Source of the DNA: Eledone cirrhosa
Lineage: Eukaryota
Length of the DNA stretch: 64,000 nt
Direction: 5' to 3'
Assembly: GCA_964016885.1 (NCBI GenBank)
Contig: OZ024751.1
Span: forward strand, 16,244,001 to 16,308,000
The position numbers and the translations under genes are program-made. Below, piece after piece: positions 1-13,594 of the stretch. Below the pieces are notes generated by a model, which searched no databases, had not been told where the DNA came from, and saw only the letters and a list, made by a program, of their open reading frames with translations. Each line of letters begins with the position of its first letter. The first letter of the stretch is position 1.

Positions 1-13
1 GGGCCCACCCACA

Positions 14-191
14 TCCCCCGCGGACAGAATGGAGAAGGCGTTTCCCCGGAGGACGGCAAGGGAGACGCGCTGGAAAAGCAGAAAGTGTCGGTGCAAGTGG
101 CATACAAGACGAGGGGTTTGCCACCGCGGAACGGGAAGATGGTCATGCCATCTGGCCTTATGCCGTCACCTCGATCCAGCCCCACCGGCTC
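14..191 (-). pseudogene. CRE-clade-like non-LTR retrotransposon relic, restriction-like endonuclease C-terminus, internally deleted
   Basis: Hand translation of the minus strand gives EPVGLDRGDGIRPDGMTIFPFRGGKPLVLYATCTDTF, then in another frame LLFQRVSLAVLRGNAFSIL. These resemble the RPDG..W..GK..WD.T..DT and FQR.S.A.QRGNA motifs of CRE-type RLE domains. Confidence 0.7.
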
Positions 192-457
192 ATTGTAGTT
201 GTTGTATACAGATATTAACTCATCAAACACAAGAACACCTAAATATACATTAATAAATGATTAAAATTTAGCTTCGTTTATTACTGCTATATATATTTCA
301 GTGACAGCCATCTTTGGCTGTGACCTCTTCAGGCAGTTTGAATTAGTATGGTATAGACAAGTACATATGTTGTTTAGGTGTATGATATTGTCAATACTCT
401 GATATGCCCAGTTCCTTGTTGGGTTGTTAATTCACTGGGGAACTGGAGTCATATGAC

Positions 458-723
<266 letters not shown>

Positions 724-766
724 CATATATATTTATATGCATATACATATATATATGCATATATAT

Positions 767-799
<33 letters not shown>

Positions 800-803
800 C
801 ATA

Positions 804-847
<44 letters not shown>

Positions 848-849
848 TT

Positions 850-1270
850 TAACCAAAGATCAATATGGTTCATTGATAACTCAATGAATATAGTTTTACT
901 CTACAAAAAAGTTTTCTGGAGTTATTAATATTATTCAAAATATTAATAAATGAAGACGTTCACATAATCAAAATATATGTTTTATTATATATATTTCGGA
1001 GGTACTGTGCTTCTTTTTCAGTACGTCCTCATCACATAAAATATACGAATTGATGTCTGACATACCTCAACTGTTTTGATGGTTCAATTCCAGTATTAGC
1101 AGTACTGGAATTGAACCATCAAGACAGTTGAGGTATGTCAGACATCAATTCGTATATTTTATCTGATGAGGATGTACTGAAAAAAACAGCACAGTACCTC
1201 CGAAATATATATAATAAAACATATATTTTGATTATGTGAACGTCTTCATCTATTAATATTTTGAATAATA
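850..1270. mobile_element. PLE-like fold-back element FB-K (arms ~929-1094 and ~1102-1270, extra tail 850-928)
   Basis: ~165-bp inverted repeat flanked by TA tracts, with an HHR in each arm (the minus copy has a GUGAUGA core mutation). Confidence 0.8.
1157..1219 (+). ncRNA. Type I hammerhead ribozyme
   Basis: Stem I TTTTAT/ATAAAA, core CTGATGA, stem II GGA-GTACTG/CAGTAC-TCC, then GAAA-TATATA-TA with a palindromic minimal stem III. Predicted cleavage after 1213. Confidence 0.85.
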
Positions 1271-1317
1271 TATATATATAGTAATAATAATAATAAATTT
1301 ACATATATATATATATA

Positions 1318-1438
1318 GTAATAATAATAAATTTGAAGACTAAAATCCAAAGAGGGCTCGATAAGGATAAATATATATCAAATATATAATAACCGTAGAC
1401 CAAGCGTTTCTTTGCTTAAACTTTAATCTGTTATTTTA

Positions 1439-1443
<5 letters not shown>
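1318..1443. mobile_element. TA-associated family FB-E (other pieces at 6096-6168, 12051-12186, 48717-48785, 50205-50250, 50453-50570)
   Basis: Recurrent motifs TTCTTTGCTTAAACTTTAATCTGTTATTTTAATAA and AAATTTGAAGACTAAAATCCAAAG, always abutting (TA)n and rearranged in both orientations. Confidence 0.6.
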
Positions 1444-1518
<75 letters not shown>

Positions 1519-1521
<3 letters not shown>

Positions 1522-1795
1522 CTGCAAAGTGGTCGTGGAGATGCCACGGCAAAAATGCACTCAGCCCACACTGTAAAGTGGACGTGTAGGCGCCACGGAA
1601 AAAAGCACCCAGCACTCACTGTAAATGAGGTTGGTGTTAGGAAGGACATCCAGCTGTAGAAATCAACCCAAAGTCAGTTCCTGTTTGAGCAAGGCATGGT
1701 CAGCCGACCAGACACTGCCCACAACAGGACAACCCATCTAACCCATGCTAGCATGGAAGAACGGACGTAAAACGGTGATGATGATGATGATGATA
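1519..1795 (+). mobile_element. SINE or RTE-LINE 3' end with (GAT)n tail
   Basis: GTTAGGAAGGACATCCAGCTGTAGAAA...CCCATGCTAGCATGGAAGAACGGACGTAAAACG followed by (TGA)n, similar to RTE-type 3' tails. Confidence 0.5.
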
Positions 1796-2185
1796 TATTT
1801 ATATGTATGTATATATATATATGTGAGTGTGTGTGTATATAATTATGCATATGATCATTATATACTATATATCGATTCACACACACACGGACACACATAC
1901 ACACACACACATATATATATATGTATGTATATATATACGCACACACATCAAATAAATTGCATATTTCAAATAGGAAAACAGTGTTTTCGAAATGCATTTT
2001 GTTCAAGATATTTAATATATTTATCAAATTTAAAAGAACTCTTTCAGAATGTAGGATATAAATTAAAATCACCATCCACTCGCACATATAAATATATATT
2101 TGTATCTATACATAATATACATACTTCCATATATATATTATATATACCTACATATATACGTACACACATAAAAAGGAACGATCGA

Positions 2186-2267
<82 letters not shown>

Positions 2268-2270
<3 letters not shown>

Positions 2271-2432
2271 TGATTTAAAACTGCACTATCCACAAGTATT
2301 TTTTAACCTTCATATCATGTCTTCCTGTTTTATCTGATGAAAACACAAATATTATTGCATGATGATATTTGTTTTTTAAATGCGCATAATAAAATACATG
2401 GAACTCTTTTAACCATATTTTTATCTTATATT
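2268..2432 (+). mobile_element. PLE-like family FB-B solo unit (HHR with GAAA mutated to TAAA)
   Basis: Matches the FB-B copies at 15160-15325, 44316-44482 and 53277-53440. Confidence 0.75.
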
Positions 2433-2452
2433 ATATATATATATATATATAT

Positions 2453-3052
2453 GCAAAAGTTCTATTTAAAGTTGTTGGGATACAACAAGTAAATATTTTT
2501 ATAACTGATATAAAGCACTCGACAAATTTTTGGAGTAGATATACGATATTAATAAATGGAAACTATATTTATAAAACCATATTTATTTCATTATACATAT
2601 TTCAGGGATACCACACTAAATTAAGGTATGCCTTCATCAGACAAAATACAATATATAACAGTTTTACAAATACGTTTGACGTACCCTTTAAAATACAACT
2701 TTTGGAGGCTGTCTGGATAGTGATTTGTTTATATAATAAGTCATAGTGTTAAGCACAATTAGAAAAAGACGGAGAGAAAGAAAAAAGACGGAGAGAGAGA
2801 AAAGAACAAAGACAGAGAGAGAGAAAGAAAGAAAAGAGAAAGAAAACCTGGAGAAATATCGGAGAGAGATAGAAATGTATGGAGAAAAGAAAGAGATAGA
2901 TAAAGATAGGAGGAAATAAAAAAAAAGAAAGGAATAAGAAAAACAAAGGAAAGCAACAGAGGCATACCATAATTTAATGTGGTATCCCTGAAATATGTAT
3001 AATGAAATAAATATGGTTTTATAAATATAGTTTCCATTTATTAATATCGTAT
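2453..3052. mobile_element. PLE-like fold-back family FB-C (arms ~2542-2632 and ~2960-3052)
   Basis: Inverted arms flanked by (TA)n, with a tail at 2453-2540 on the long arm only. Homologous to 11808-12010 and 32551-33810. Confidence 0.75.
2584..2648 (-). ncRNA. Type I hammerhead ribozyme (FB-C)
   Basis: Minus strand reads TATTTTGT CTGATGA AGGCATACC..GGTATCCCT GAAA TATGTA TA ATGAAATA. Confidence 0.8.
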
Positions 3053-3120
3053 TATATATATATATATATATATATATTTATTAAAATGAACATTATGATT
3101 ATTATTATTACACACACACT

Positions 3121-3196
<76 letters not shown>

Positions 3197-3539
3197 AACA
3201 TATATATACATATATATATATATATTCAGTAGATAACGTAACAATTCACTAGTTACACACACAACTAGTTACACGCAATATAGCAGCACGCTCTATGCTA
3301 AATGCCATAAATAAAATATGGACTATTAACAAAAAAATTCTTCCTTTAAATGTCAACAGAAAAATTGCCACTCCTCGGAAAAAACGTTTATTTATAGATA
3401 CAATAAAAATGAACTTTAGCCTTAACATATAAACATATATGGTATTTATGTACACTTATTCATGCGCATGCACGCAACCCCCTCTCTCCCTATATATGCA
3501 TCTCTGTATTTCTCTCTCTCTTCCTCTCTTCATATATAC

Positions 3540-3610
<71 letters not shown>

Positions 3611-3611
3611 T

Positions 3612-3649
<38 letters not shown>

Positions 3650-3655
<6 letters not shown>

Positions 3656-3980
3656 GTGAGGTTTTTTTTACAAAATGAAAAATAACCGAGGTGTCCTACA
3701 CGAGTGGAAGTATAAAGAAAAAGGGATGAAATCGAAAATGCAACTGAAGTCTTATTTTTTTAAAAATATATATATTTATTTGGTTCCTTTACCGGTTTCG
3801 CAGTTCTTCTGCTTTTCAAAAGGTGAGTTGAGATGGAGGGTCTGTGAAACCACAGACCCTCCATCTCAACTCACCTTTTGAAAAGCAGAAGAACTGCGAA
3901 ACCGGTAAAGGAACCAAATAAATATATATATTTAAAAAAAAAATAAGACTTCAGTTGCATTTTCGATTTCATCCCTTTTT

Positions 3981-3985
<5 letters not shown>
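3650..3985. mobile_element. PLE-like fold-back family FB-F
   Basis: Near-perfect inverted arms around 3849 (CTGTG-AAAC-CACAG) inside (TA)n. A second copy lies at 52447-52820. Confidence 0.8.
3874..3911 (+). ncRNA. Minimal type I hammerhead with U3-A8 core variant
   Basis: CCTT TTGAAAA GCAG-AAGAA-CTGC GAAA CCGG TA AAGG. All three stems pair and the core is UUGAAAA instead of CUGANGA. Confidence 0.7.
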
Positions 3986-4054
<69 letters not shown>

Positions 4055-4061
<7 letters not shown>

Positions 4062-4097
4062 TATACAGATATGTACATGTACACACACACACGCATG

Positions 4098-4128
<31 letters not shown>

Positions 4129-4178
4129 TTATATATGTACATATATATATACACATATGTACACACACACACGAACAA

Positions 4179-4227
<49 letters not shown>

Positions 4228-4228
4228 T

Positions 4229-4271
<43 letters not shown>

Positions 4272-4307
4272 TATACAGATATGTACATGTACACACACAC
4301 ACGCATG

Positions 4308-4340
<33 letters not shown>

Positions 4341-4390
4341 TTATATATGTACATATATATATACACATATGTACACACACACACGAACAA

Positions 4391-4440
<50 letters not shown>
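4055..4440 (+). repeat. Tandem duplication (~210 bp) of a compound TA/CA microsatellite
   Basis: CAGATATGTACATGT...ACGAACAAAC occurs twice (about 4066 and 4276). Confidence 0.8.
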
Positions 4441-4442
<2 letters not shown>

Positions 4443-4640
4443 AAACATTCAGGAAGGACCCCGACGGCTGAGCCCCGGCTGTCTCGACAGCTAGATCCGA
4501 ACTGTTCGGATGTAGCTGTCGAAACGGCCGGAGCTCAGCCGTCGGGGTCCTTCCTGAATCTTTTCATATTACCCACTCTACAACCCCAAGTATCGAATAC
4601 TGAGGAGAGTTATAGTCCACCTGGCATCTTACCAGTCCCT
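4441..4640. mobile_element. Divergent FB-A relative, fold-back centred ~4502
   Basis: GGACCCCGACGGCTGAGC..//..GAAACGGCCGGAGCTCAGCCGTCGGGGTCC followed by a tail similar to FB-A. Confidence 0.7.
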
Positions 4641-4885
4641 CTCTGATGGCGTAGGACAGAACAAAGGAGACGCACAAAAACAAAGAAAAGAATCCCCAGT
4701 CACTGAAGAGGTCACAGAATGTGTGACGAAAGAACTTTGCCAATATATGAACAATCATCTGGTTGTGGAACCAACAAACCGGAAATTTATAAATTCCTAA
4801 ATTTATAAATTTAATCTATAATAAATTGAAGTGAAAGCAACTGGTGCGTGTGTTTCTTATTGGCAATATGACCCTCCCAAAGTAT

Positions 4886-4942
<57 letters not shown>

Positions 4943-5373
4943 TATGAGAAATGTATATATGAGAAATGAAATTTCGTTTCATTCTTTTCCATTTATCGTT
5001 TTCGGTGCGCCCGGCCGACTAACTCACTCGATATGCAAATTAGGCTACTCAGCCGTTAATATGCATAAGCAGGAAGGTATACGATGCTGACGATAGCTAA
5101 TAAGCTTGAAACTAGTACATCGTTCCTGTGTCAGTGTTGAACAGAAGGGCGACGATGGTTGTTAAACACTGTACGACGTAATTCGGGCTGTTTGTTTACA
5201 AACACACCGAACATTATAATAAAGGTTCGGTAAATCCATACGTACATATATATGTGTGCATGTATGCACATACTACTGTACGTCTGTATACATATATCTA
5301 TGTACGTATACATACTTATATTTAGGTATCAGCCTTACTAAGAGTGACAAATGAAATTTCGTTTCATTATTTT

Positions 5374-5557
5374 GGATTGGCAGTATCGGTAGAGGGTCGG
5401 ATGCCATGCTTTCCAGCATAGTTACGTCCCTTTACGATCTGAGTTCAAATCCCGCCGAGGTTGACTTTGCCTTTCATCCTTACGGGGTCGATAAAATAAA
5501 GTACCAGTAATGCACTGGGTAATTGCTGGCCTTGTGCCTAAAGTAGAAACAATTATT
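5374..5557 (+). mobile_element. tRNA-derived SINE with Meta-like central domain (SINE-M)
   Basis: A-box TGGCAGTATCGG, B-box GAGTTCAAATCC, central GCCTTTCATCCTTACGGGGTCGATAAAATAAAGTACCAG, tail CCTTGTGCCTAAAGTAGAAACAATTATT. More than 25 copies in the window. Confidence 0.85.
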
Positions 5558-5591
5558 TTCCATTTATATATATATATATATATTATATATA

Positions 5592-5776
5592 TGTAGGAGG
5601 TGAGTTTTATTGTAGTACAATAAAGCAATGCAGATATCGGATAAGAAGCACTCTACAGTTTGTAGGACTGGAGTATACATAATATATAAGATCAAAAGAT
5701 GGTTAAAGGAGTTCCATGTATTTGAAATGCGCATAATAAAATACATGGAACTCCTTTAACCATCTTTTGATCTTAT
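5592..5776. mobile_element. FB-B fold-back copy
   Basis: A long minus arm with tail joined to a short plus arm that begins at GAAATGCGCATA. Confidence 0.75.
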
Positions 5777-5797
5777 ATATTATATATTATATATATA

Positions 5798-5865
<68 letters not shown>

Positions 5866-6050
5866 GAAATAATTGACGGTACCGTTTACGTGACTTGTAT
5901 TGAAGCGAATAGCTATGTGTATACTCTGGGGGTTTATTTAACATTACCATTGAGTACGCTGAGATGCAACCAGTTCTATCAGTGATGCCATGTTATTTAC
6001 GTCAACTTATTATATGTATATATATATATATATGTGTGTACTTATATGTG

Positions 6051-6099
<49 letters not shown>

Positions 6100-6163
6100 T
6101 AAAATAACAGATTAAAGTTTAAGCAAAGAATCTTTGGATTTTAGTCTTCAAATTTATTATTAT

Positions 6164-6220
<57 letters not shown>

Positions 6221-6222
<2 letters not shown>

Positions 6223-6424
6223 AACCAGTAAGATCCCGACAGCTGAGCTCAAGCCGTTTCGACGGCTAATTCTCGGCTAATTGACGGCTAATTGAATTAG
6301 CCGTCGAAACGGCTTGAGCTCAGCTGTCGGGGTCTTACTGGTTTCTATTACCCACTCTACTACCTCAAGTATTGAGTACTTTGGTGCGTTATGGTCCACC
6401 TGGTTCCTTACCACATTTCCTTCG

Positions 6425-6427
<3 letters not shown>
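6221..6427. mobile_element. FB-A fold-back copy
   Basis: Short inverted arm 6221-6270, a scrambled centre with CGGCTAATT repeated three times, long arm to 6427, (TA)n on both sides. Confidence 0.8.
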
Positions 6428-6496
<69 letters not shown>

Positions 6497-7002
6497 ATGT
6501 ATGTATGTATGCGTCTGTGCGGATGTGTATGTGTGAATCTGTCCTTGTCTGCGTTGAAAGATAAATGGATAATTTACCTTGCGCTTCGTTCGTACATTTC
6601 CAAGATTCTACTTAATAGTTTAATATATTAAAATTATTTATATTCCCTCTTTCACAATTTAAAAGTATTTACAATAAAGCAAATCTACAGACACACATAC
6701 ACGTGCGCACACACACAGACACAGATACTCAGACACACACACACGCACACATACACGCACACACACATATATATGTAGACGTATTTTATGCCCATACATA
6801 AATACGTAACACGTATATGTAAATATATCTGTGAGTATATCTCTACATCTATATCTATATCTATCTTAGATATCTATCTATTTATCTACCTATCTCTCTC
6901 CCTCTCTCACTTTATATATATATATATATATACACATACATACATACATATATATATATGTATATATATATATTTATTAGTCTTCAAATTTATTATTTTT
7001 AC

Positions 7003-7054
<52 letters not shown>

Positions 7055-7283
7055 CATATATATATGGATAGATAGATAGATAGATTTATATATATATATA
7101 TTACACACAGACTCGCACACGCACAGACGCGCGCACCCACAGTCATACACACACACGCACACACACGCACACAGGCACACACACACGCACTCTCTCTCCC
7201 TCACACACACACACACACACACGTATATACATATATATGAAAATTAATCGGAAAATAATAAAATAACACAACAAATGAGAGAG

Positions 7284-7351
7284 TATGACGAGAGTATGAA
7301 CACATTATGACGAGAGTATGACCACATTATGACGAGAGTATGACCACATTA
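7284..7351 (+). repeat. 21-bp minisatellite, about 3 copies, next to a degenerate minus-strand CTGATGA core
   Basis: TATGACGAGAGTATGA(A/C)CACAT repeated. Confidence 0.7.
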
Positions 7352-7486
7352 GTTTAGCGCTTGCAGATGTTAGGCTTTCATCAGTAGATAGAATGAGAAA
7401 TATAAAAATAGAGAGGACGAGAAGAGAGCGATGAGGACGTGACGGAAACAATTCTTGGGGAGAAAAATCGTATGTGTATACAGTAA

Positions 7487-7542
<56 letters not shown>

Positions 7543-7547
<5 letters not shown>

Positions 7548-7911
7548 AGATCAAAAGATGGTTAAAAGAGTTCCATGTATTTTATTATGCGCATTTCAAA
7601 AACAAATATCATCATGCGATGACATTTGCATTTTCGTCAGATAAAATAATAAAATAGGGAGACATGATATGAAGGTTAAAAAACACTTGTGATTAGTGCA
7701 GTTTTAAATCAACATATCATATCTGACGAAAACGCAAATGTCATCGCATGATGATATTTTTTTTTGAAATGCGCATAATAAAATACATGGATCTCTTTTA
7801 ACCATCTTTTGATCTTATATATTATTTATACTCCAGTCCTACAAACTGTAGAGGGCTACTTATCCGATATCTGCATTGCTTTATTGTACTACAATAAAAC
7901 TCACCTCCTAC

Positions 7912-7912
<1 letters not shown>
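7543..7912. mobile_element. FB-B fold-back copy with HHRs on both strands (CUGACGA core; minus 7580-7646, plus ~7721-7783)
   Basis: Inverted FB-B units, with a tail at 7826-7912 on the plus arm. Confidence 0.8.
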
Positions 7913-7976
<64 letters not shown>

Positions 7977-8042
7977 GACATACCACCTATGGAAGCACCA
8001 TAGCTACCATTACACACACGTATATATATATATATATATATA

Positions 8043-8280
8043 CGTGTGTATAATGGTAGCTATGGTGCTTCCATAGGTGGTATGTCAAAATTAGCACTCA
8101 ATATTCATACAGAGCAGAGTGTGGATAGTATAAAAAAAACGAAAAATCAGTGATGCATCTCGACTCAGTTTATTGCGTGTTACAATTGTTTCGCCGGCGG
8201 GTAGCTCGAGACGTGATCACTGTATGGATCTGGCTGATTCTACGGCTGCAGGTTCATCCGGACACGAGTAGTTAGTTCGG
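8043..8280 (-). mobile_element. PLE-like family FB-G copy (degenerate expanded-stem-II HHR)
   Basis: Homologous to 30887-31253 and 52857-53240 (AATCAGTGATGCATC, TTACAATTGTTTC, AGCTCGAG). Confidence 0.6.
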
Positions 8281-8561
8281 AGAAAATTATCTCACTGGGA
8301 TGTTACCGTCAAAAAACACCTTCAAAAAACATCTTCCACTCTTGTTCATGCCACTGGCTGTTGCTATTCTACGTCATCTTAAGTTTTGGTCACTATTTAC
8401 TGCTACACGGGTCATCAGGCATTTTCCGTCCGACACACTTCAATGGAGCCATGCTGGGTTCGGTATCTCACAGAGAATGTACCCCCCCCCATATATATAT
8501 ATATATATATACTACATTTATGTATACACGCATATTTATATACGTAATACGTTTATAGATA

Positions 8562-8608
<47 letters not shown>

Positions 8609-8627
8609 ATATGTATATATATATGTA

Positions 8628-9237
8628 TCACTGATGAGGGACTCATTTTACAACATGTTATCCATGTGCAACCAGCAGTATTCTTCTCACCCATGTTTTC
8701 ATATATTTACCCAAACTGCAATTCTGTGTTTATCTCTTACTCTCTTACTGCTCCCTCGTTCTCTCTATTTCTCTTACTTTCTTTCGTCCCCTCTGCCACG
8801 TCAGTTAACTCTGTCTCTCTACTGACCTCTTCCTCGCACTCCCACTCACTCAGTCCCTGTTTCTCCCCTTCTTTCTTCCCCCCGTTCGCTGGGAAAACGG
8901 TTTTCAGTCTTTCTAACACCGGATTCACTAGCGAAAGGTCTGTTTTCTGACTCGCTCATATATTCACACAGCTTATACTTAAAGAATAACTATGTTGCTT
9001 GTGTTTATTTCCATCTTCGGTTAGCTTCCCCCTGTGTTGTTTACTTGTCTCACTCGCTTTACGCGTTTCTATTGTCCTAATAACTTATTTTAGTTATTAT
9101 CGCTCCAACGTGAGGTATATGATTTTTAATGCGATGAAATACCCATGATCGTTTGGTAAATCACTGATGAGGGACTCATTTTATAACATGTTATCCATGT
9201 GCAACCAGCAGTATTCTTCTCACCCATATTTTCATAT
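8628..9237 (+). mobile_element. TA-flanked element with ~78-bp direct terminal repeats containing CTGATGA (pseudo-LTR-like, degenerate)
   Basis: ATCACTGATGAGGGACTCATTTTA..CTCACCCAT.TTTTCATAT occurs at ~8628-8705 and ~9160-9237. Confidence 0.5.
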
Positions 9238-9517
9238 ATATATATGTATATATATATATAAAAGAAAATGTTCGCTCTAAATGGCTGAATATAATAAATG
9301 TATCACCTTTCATCAGAACAGCTCACTGTTCATCTGATGAAGCGTGATACCCAGAAACATTAGTGCCTGCAGTTCTTTTCACATGCCAACACAAGAGCAA
9401 GTATGAAGGGTTCATTCTACTGACATGGCCCTAAAATTGAGGCTTGTTTGCATAATTGCAAACGAATCGAATGTTATTATTAATTTTCGAAAAACTCAGA
9501 TTACATTTATATATATA

Positions 9518-10048
<531 letters not shown>

Positions 10049-10090
10049 ATATTTAGATATTTTGACATATACATATTTATGTATATATTT

Positions 10091-10130
<40 letters not shown>

Positions 10131-10178
10131 GTTATGGAATGCTGTTAGCTTCTCGCTAAAACAATTTCTATACCTTTC

Positions 10179-10278
<100 letters not shown>

Positions 10279-10802
10279 GTTTACATATCTATATATCTAC
10301 CTATCATTATATATATCTATATATTATATATGTGTGTGTGTGTAAACACACAGATAGTCAGAGAAACACACTCACACACACACACACACATACACTATAT
10401 ATGTATATAAACATAATTTGTATTTAAGGCACGTTTCTCATAAGGGTTTCTATAAAATCTAATTTTTACATTACCCATTTCATAATATTTGTAATCAAAT
10501 GCCAACAATTTTTCATATGTTTTTTTTACGATCAACTTTCAAGATGTTTCCATTTATTTCCTGTTCATCTTATTTTCTTGCCTTGTTTAAATATCATTCC
10601 ATTCAAATATTTATATAATCTGCATTTGACTAGAAATGTTTCTATATTTGTTACATACATGGCCAGCAATTTGAAGAATAGGGAGAAAGTCGCATAAATC
10701 CCCCGCAGTACATTACAGGTGCTTCATTTTATTGACTCCGTAAGGATGAAAAGCAAAGTTAACCTCGGTGGGGTTTGAACTCAGAATGTAGAAGCCTTTA
10801 AC

Positions 10803-11201
10803 TACTCTCAGGTGTCGAATATATATTAATTTTTCAGATCTTTTCCAGCCCCCACCTTCTCTTATTCAAATGCCGCACCGCTTATTAAATTTTAATAATC
10901 TATCCCCAGCGAAATTTGATTTAAGTGGTCGTATTCTTCCGACTATTAATTTTCCTTAGACATTGTACATGTAAAAAAAAAGTATATTACTAGAAGTCCC
11001 ATACGTTATAAAATAGGACGTGTTAGGGTCTCAATATATAAACTGAACGACTTATTCTAGATTAAAAAATCAATGGATACAACCTAGAAACATTCTGATT
11101 CCCTCCTCACTTATCCCCTCCCCCCTATTATTCGAAGTTCCCTACGTATTCCACCTACCTGCTTATTCCTATCCCCTTCTATTATTTGGGACACGAGAAT
11201 A
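10803..11201. mobile_element. Possible old MITE
   Basis: Imperfect terminal inverted repeats TACTCTCAGGTGTC and GACACGAGAATA. Confidence 0.3.
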
Positions 11202-11260
11202 TATGCCACAAACTTGTTGCCTGACGGTCTACCGATGCCCGACCTGTCAACTATCATTTG

Positions 11261-11690
11261 AAGGCTAAGATCTTCGATACTTACATCCTACCAGTTGTGT
11301 TATATGGTCTTGACTGTGTTAATTGGAAGACAAGGTCACTTCAGAAGCTCTCTACATTCCAGAACCACATCATGAGACTATGACTGGCAAGCAGCTCAGT
11401 GACTGTGTCTGTATCAGTGAGCTGCTCAACATTACCAAACTTAGACCAATTACATCAATTGTCAAGAGTACTCAAACTATACAGCCATATAAACAGATCA
11501 ACTCATAATGGGAATAGGTTATGCCTGGAAGAAAGGTTGGCTGGTCGGAGAAGCAGAGACTGTCAGCAAAAATGATGGATTGATAATGTCAACTTATGGA
11601 CTGGACTTGATCTTTGCTCTTTGAACTCTGCTGCTGGTGATCAAACTTTGTGGAGAAAAATATCTTATGATGATGCGCAGCCTACAACTG
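11261..11690 (+). pseudogene. Decayed RTE-like LINE C-terminal fragment
   Basis: Translates as KAKIFDTYILPVVLYGLDCVNW (LLYG.E.W-type motif). Frame broken downstream. Confidence 0.5.
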
Positions 11691-11807
11691 ACAGAGTTTA
11701 GTGTCAAAGTAGTAGTAGTACGTTGGTAGTGTATAGGCCTCATAGTTATATATACATATACATATACATATATACATACATACTCACACACACATATATA
11801 TATATAA

Positions 11808-12010
11808 GCAAAGAGTTATTTAATTTGTTGGTTATTCAACTAATTTAATTATAACAGATTCGAAGCACTCTACAACATTCTTCTGGAGTATAATATCAAT
11901 GATATTAATAAATGGAAACTATCTTTATAAAACCATATTTATTTTATTATATATAATAAAATAAATATGGTTTTATAAAGATAGTTTCCATTTATTAATA
12001 TCATTGATAT
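11808..12010. mobile_element. FB-C fold-back copy with its axis in HHR stem III (~11951)
   Basis: ATTTATTTTAT-TATATATA-ATAAAATAAAT palindromic centre, with the tail on the left arm only. Confidence 0.75.
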
Positions 12011-12182
12011 ATATATATATATATCTATATATATCAATGATATTAATAAATTAAGAGTGAAAGCAGCGATTCTTTGCTTAAACTTCAATCTGTTATTTTA
12101 ATAAATATATATAAAGCAAAGAATCGCTGCTTTCACTCTTAACGGGATCTTAAGGGTGAAAGCAGCGATTCTTTCCTTAAAC

Positions 12183-12232
<50 letters not shown>

Positions 12233-12319
12233 CGTCCCCTCAATCTAACAGAATCTTTGGTGCTATGGGGGTGTTCATTGACTTTTTTCTCAACGAAGCT
12301 CCATACATAGTCCAGTGGA

Positions 12320-12838
12320 TTGGTACTTTATTTTATCGACCCCGTAAGGATGAAAGGCAAAGGTAACCTCGGTGAGATTTGAACTCAGACCGAAAAGGGC
12401 CGTAATTCTTTGCGTCAAAGCATGGCGTCCGACCCTCTACCGATACTGCCAATCCACCGAATATTATGTGGATTGGCAGTATCGGTAGAGGGTCGGACGC
12501 CATGCTTTCCAGTATAGTTACGTCCCTTTACGATCTGAGTTCAAATCCCGCTGAGGTTGACTTTGCCTTTCATCCTTACGGGGTTGATAAAATAAAGTAC
12601 CAGTAATGCAATGGGTAATTGCTGGCCTTGTGCCTAAAGTAGAAACAATTATTAATTGTTTCTACTTTAGGCACAAGGCCAGCAATTAACCAGTACATTA
12701 CTGGTACTTTATTTTATCGACCCCGTGAGGATGAAAAGCAAAGTTAACGTCAGCGGGATTTGAACTCAGACTGTAAAGGGACGTAACTATGCTAGAAAGC
12801 ATGGTGTCCAACCCTCTACCGATACTGCCAATTCACCA
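12320..12838. mobile_element. Cluster of three SINE-M copies (minus 12320-12458, plus 12468-12652, minus 12654-12838)
   Basis: Match to 5374-5557, arranged head-to-head and tail-to-tail. Confidence 0.85.
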
Positions 12839-13388
12839 TTAATAATATTATAATCATTCACTGACGAATATGTATATATATATGTACACTTACATTATCT
12901 GCTTAACTGACAAATCACTATATCGTTCATATTTTACTCTATTTGACAAGTTATTCAGACTGTAAAGTTTATAACGCTTCTACACTCCAAACAGTCACAT
13001 TTATTTATGAGTTCATTGATTCACGAGAGGCGCCAAATTGGCCGACTGACTAAAACGTCTGATAAAATACTTAGCGCCATTCGTTTCCGCTCTCAAACCC
13101 TTCCTAAGTAAATTTTACCTTTCATCATGTTGACGTCGATAAAAATACCATACCGGTCCAGAAATGGAGTCGATTTTCCCCCATTCCTCTGTCCCATGAA
13201 GATATATCTTGACTGATGGTTGTGAATATTAATGCAGATATAGCTGTACTTCTATATATTCACTGATATTTTATAATGATGGTAAGAGATATATGTAATT
13301 TGTACTATAATTTTGGTAGAGGTGGCAATGGATATGTGGAAGTGTGCATATGGTATGGTATGGTATGTATGTATGTATGTATGTATGT

Positions 13389-13594
13389 TTTCTCTTTCTC
13401 TTAATTTTGAGTATATTTTTTTGACCGGCCACCTTCCTGGTGGCAAGGTTGTAAAAGAAAAGAAATTGTCATCCCTTGAATCGCAAGAATGTTTTGCAAA
13501 TTTTGAAGGTGCCAGCTATCGCAGCCATTTGTAGACTATGAATTAGGGAGCTGCGTTTTTTGTCCGCAAATCCAAGTTCAGTCATACTTTGGTC
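13389..13594 (-). mobile_element. 3' fragment of the (TACA)n-associated RLE LINE family seen at 55270-56040
   Basis: Near-identical to 55270-55473 and followed on its own strand by (CATA)n. Confidence 0.8.

Noticed and set aside
8300-8950. 216-aa ORF
   Set aside because: Crosses a TA microsatellite and a pyrimidine-rich tract with no recognisable domain.
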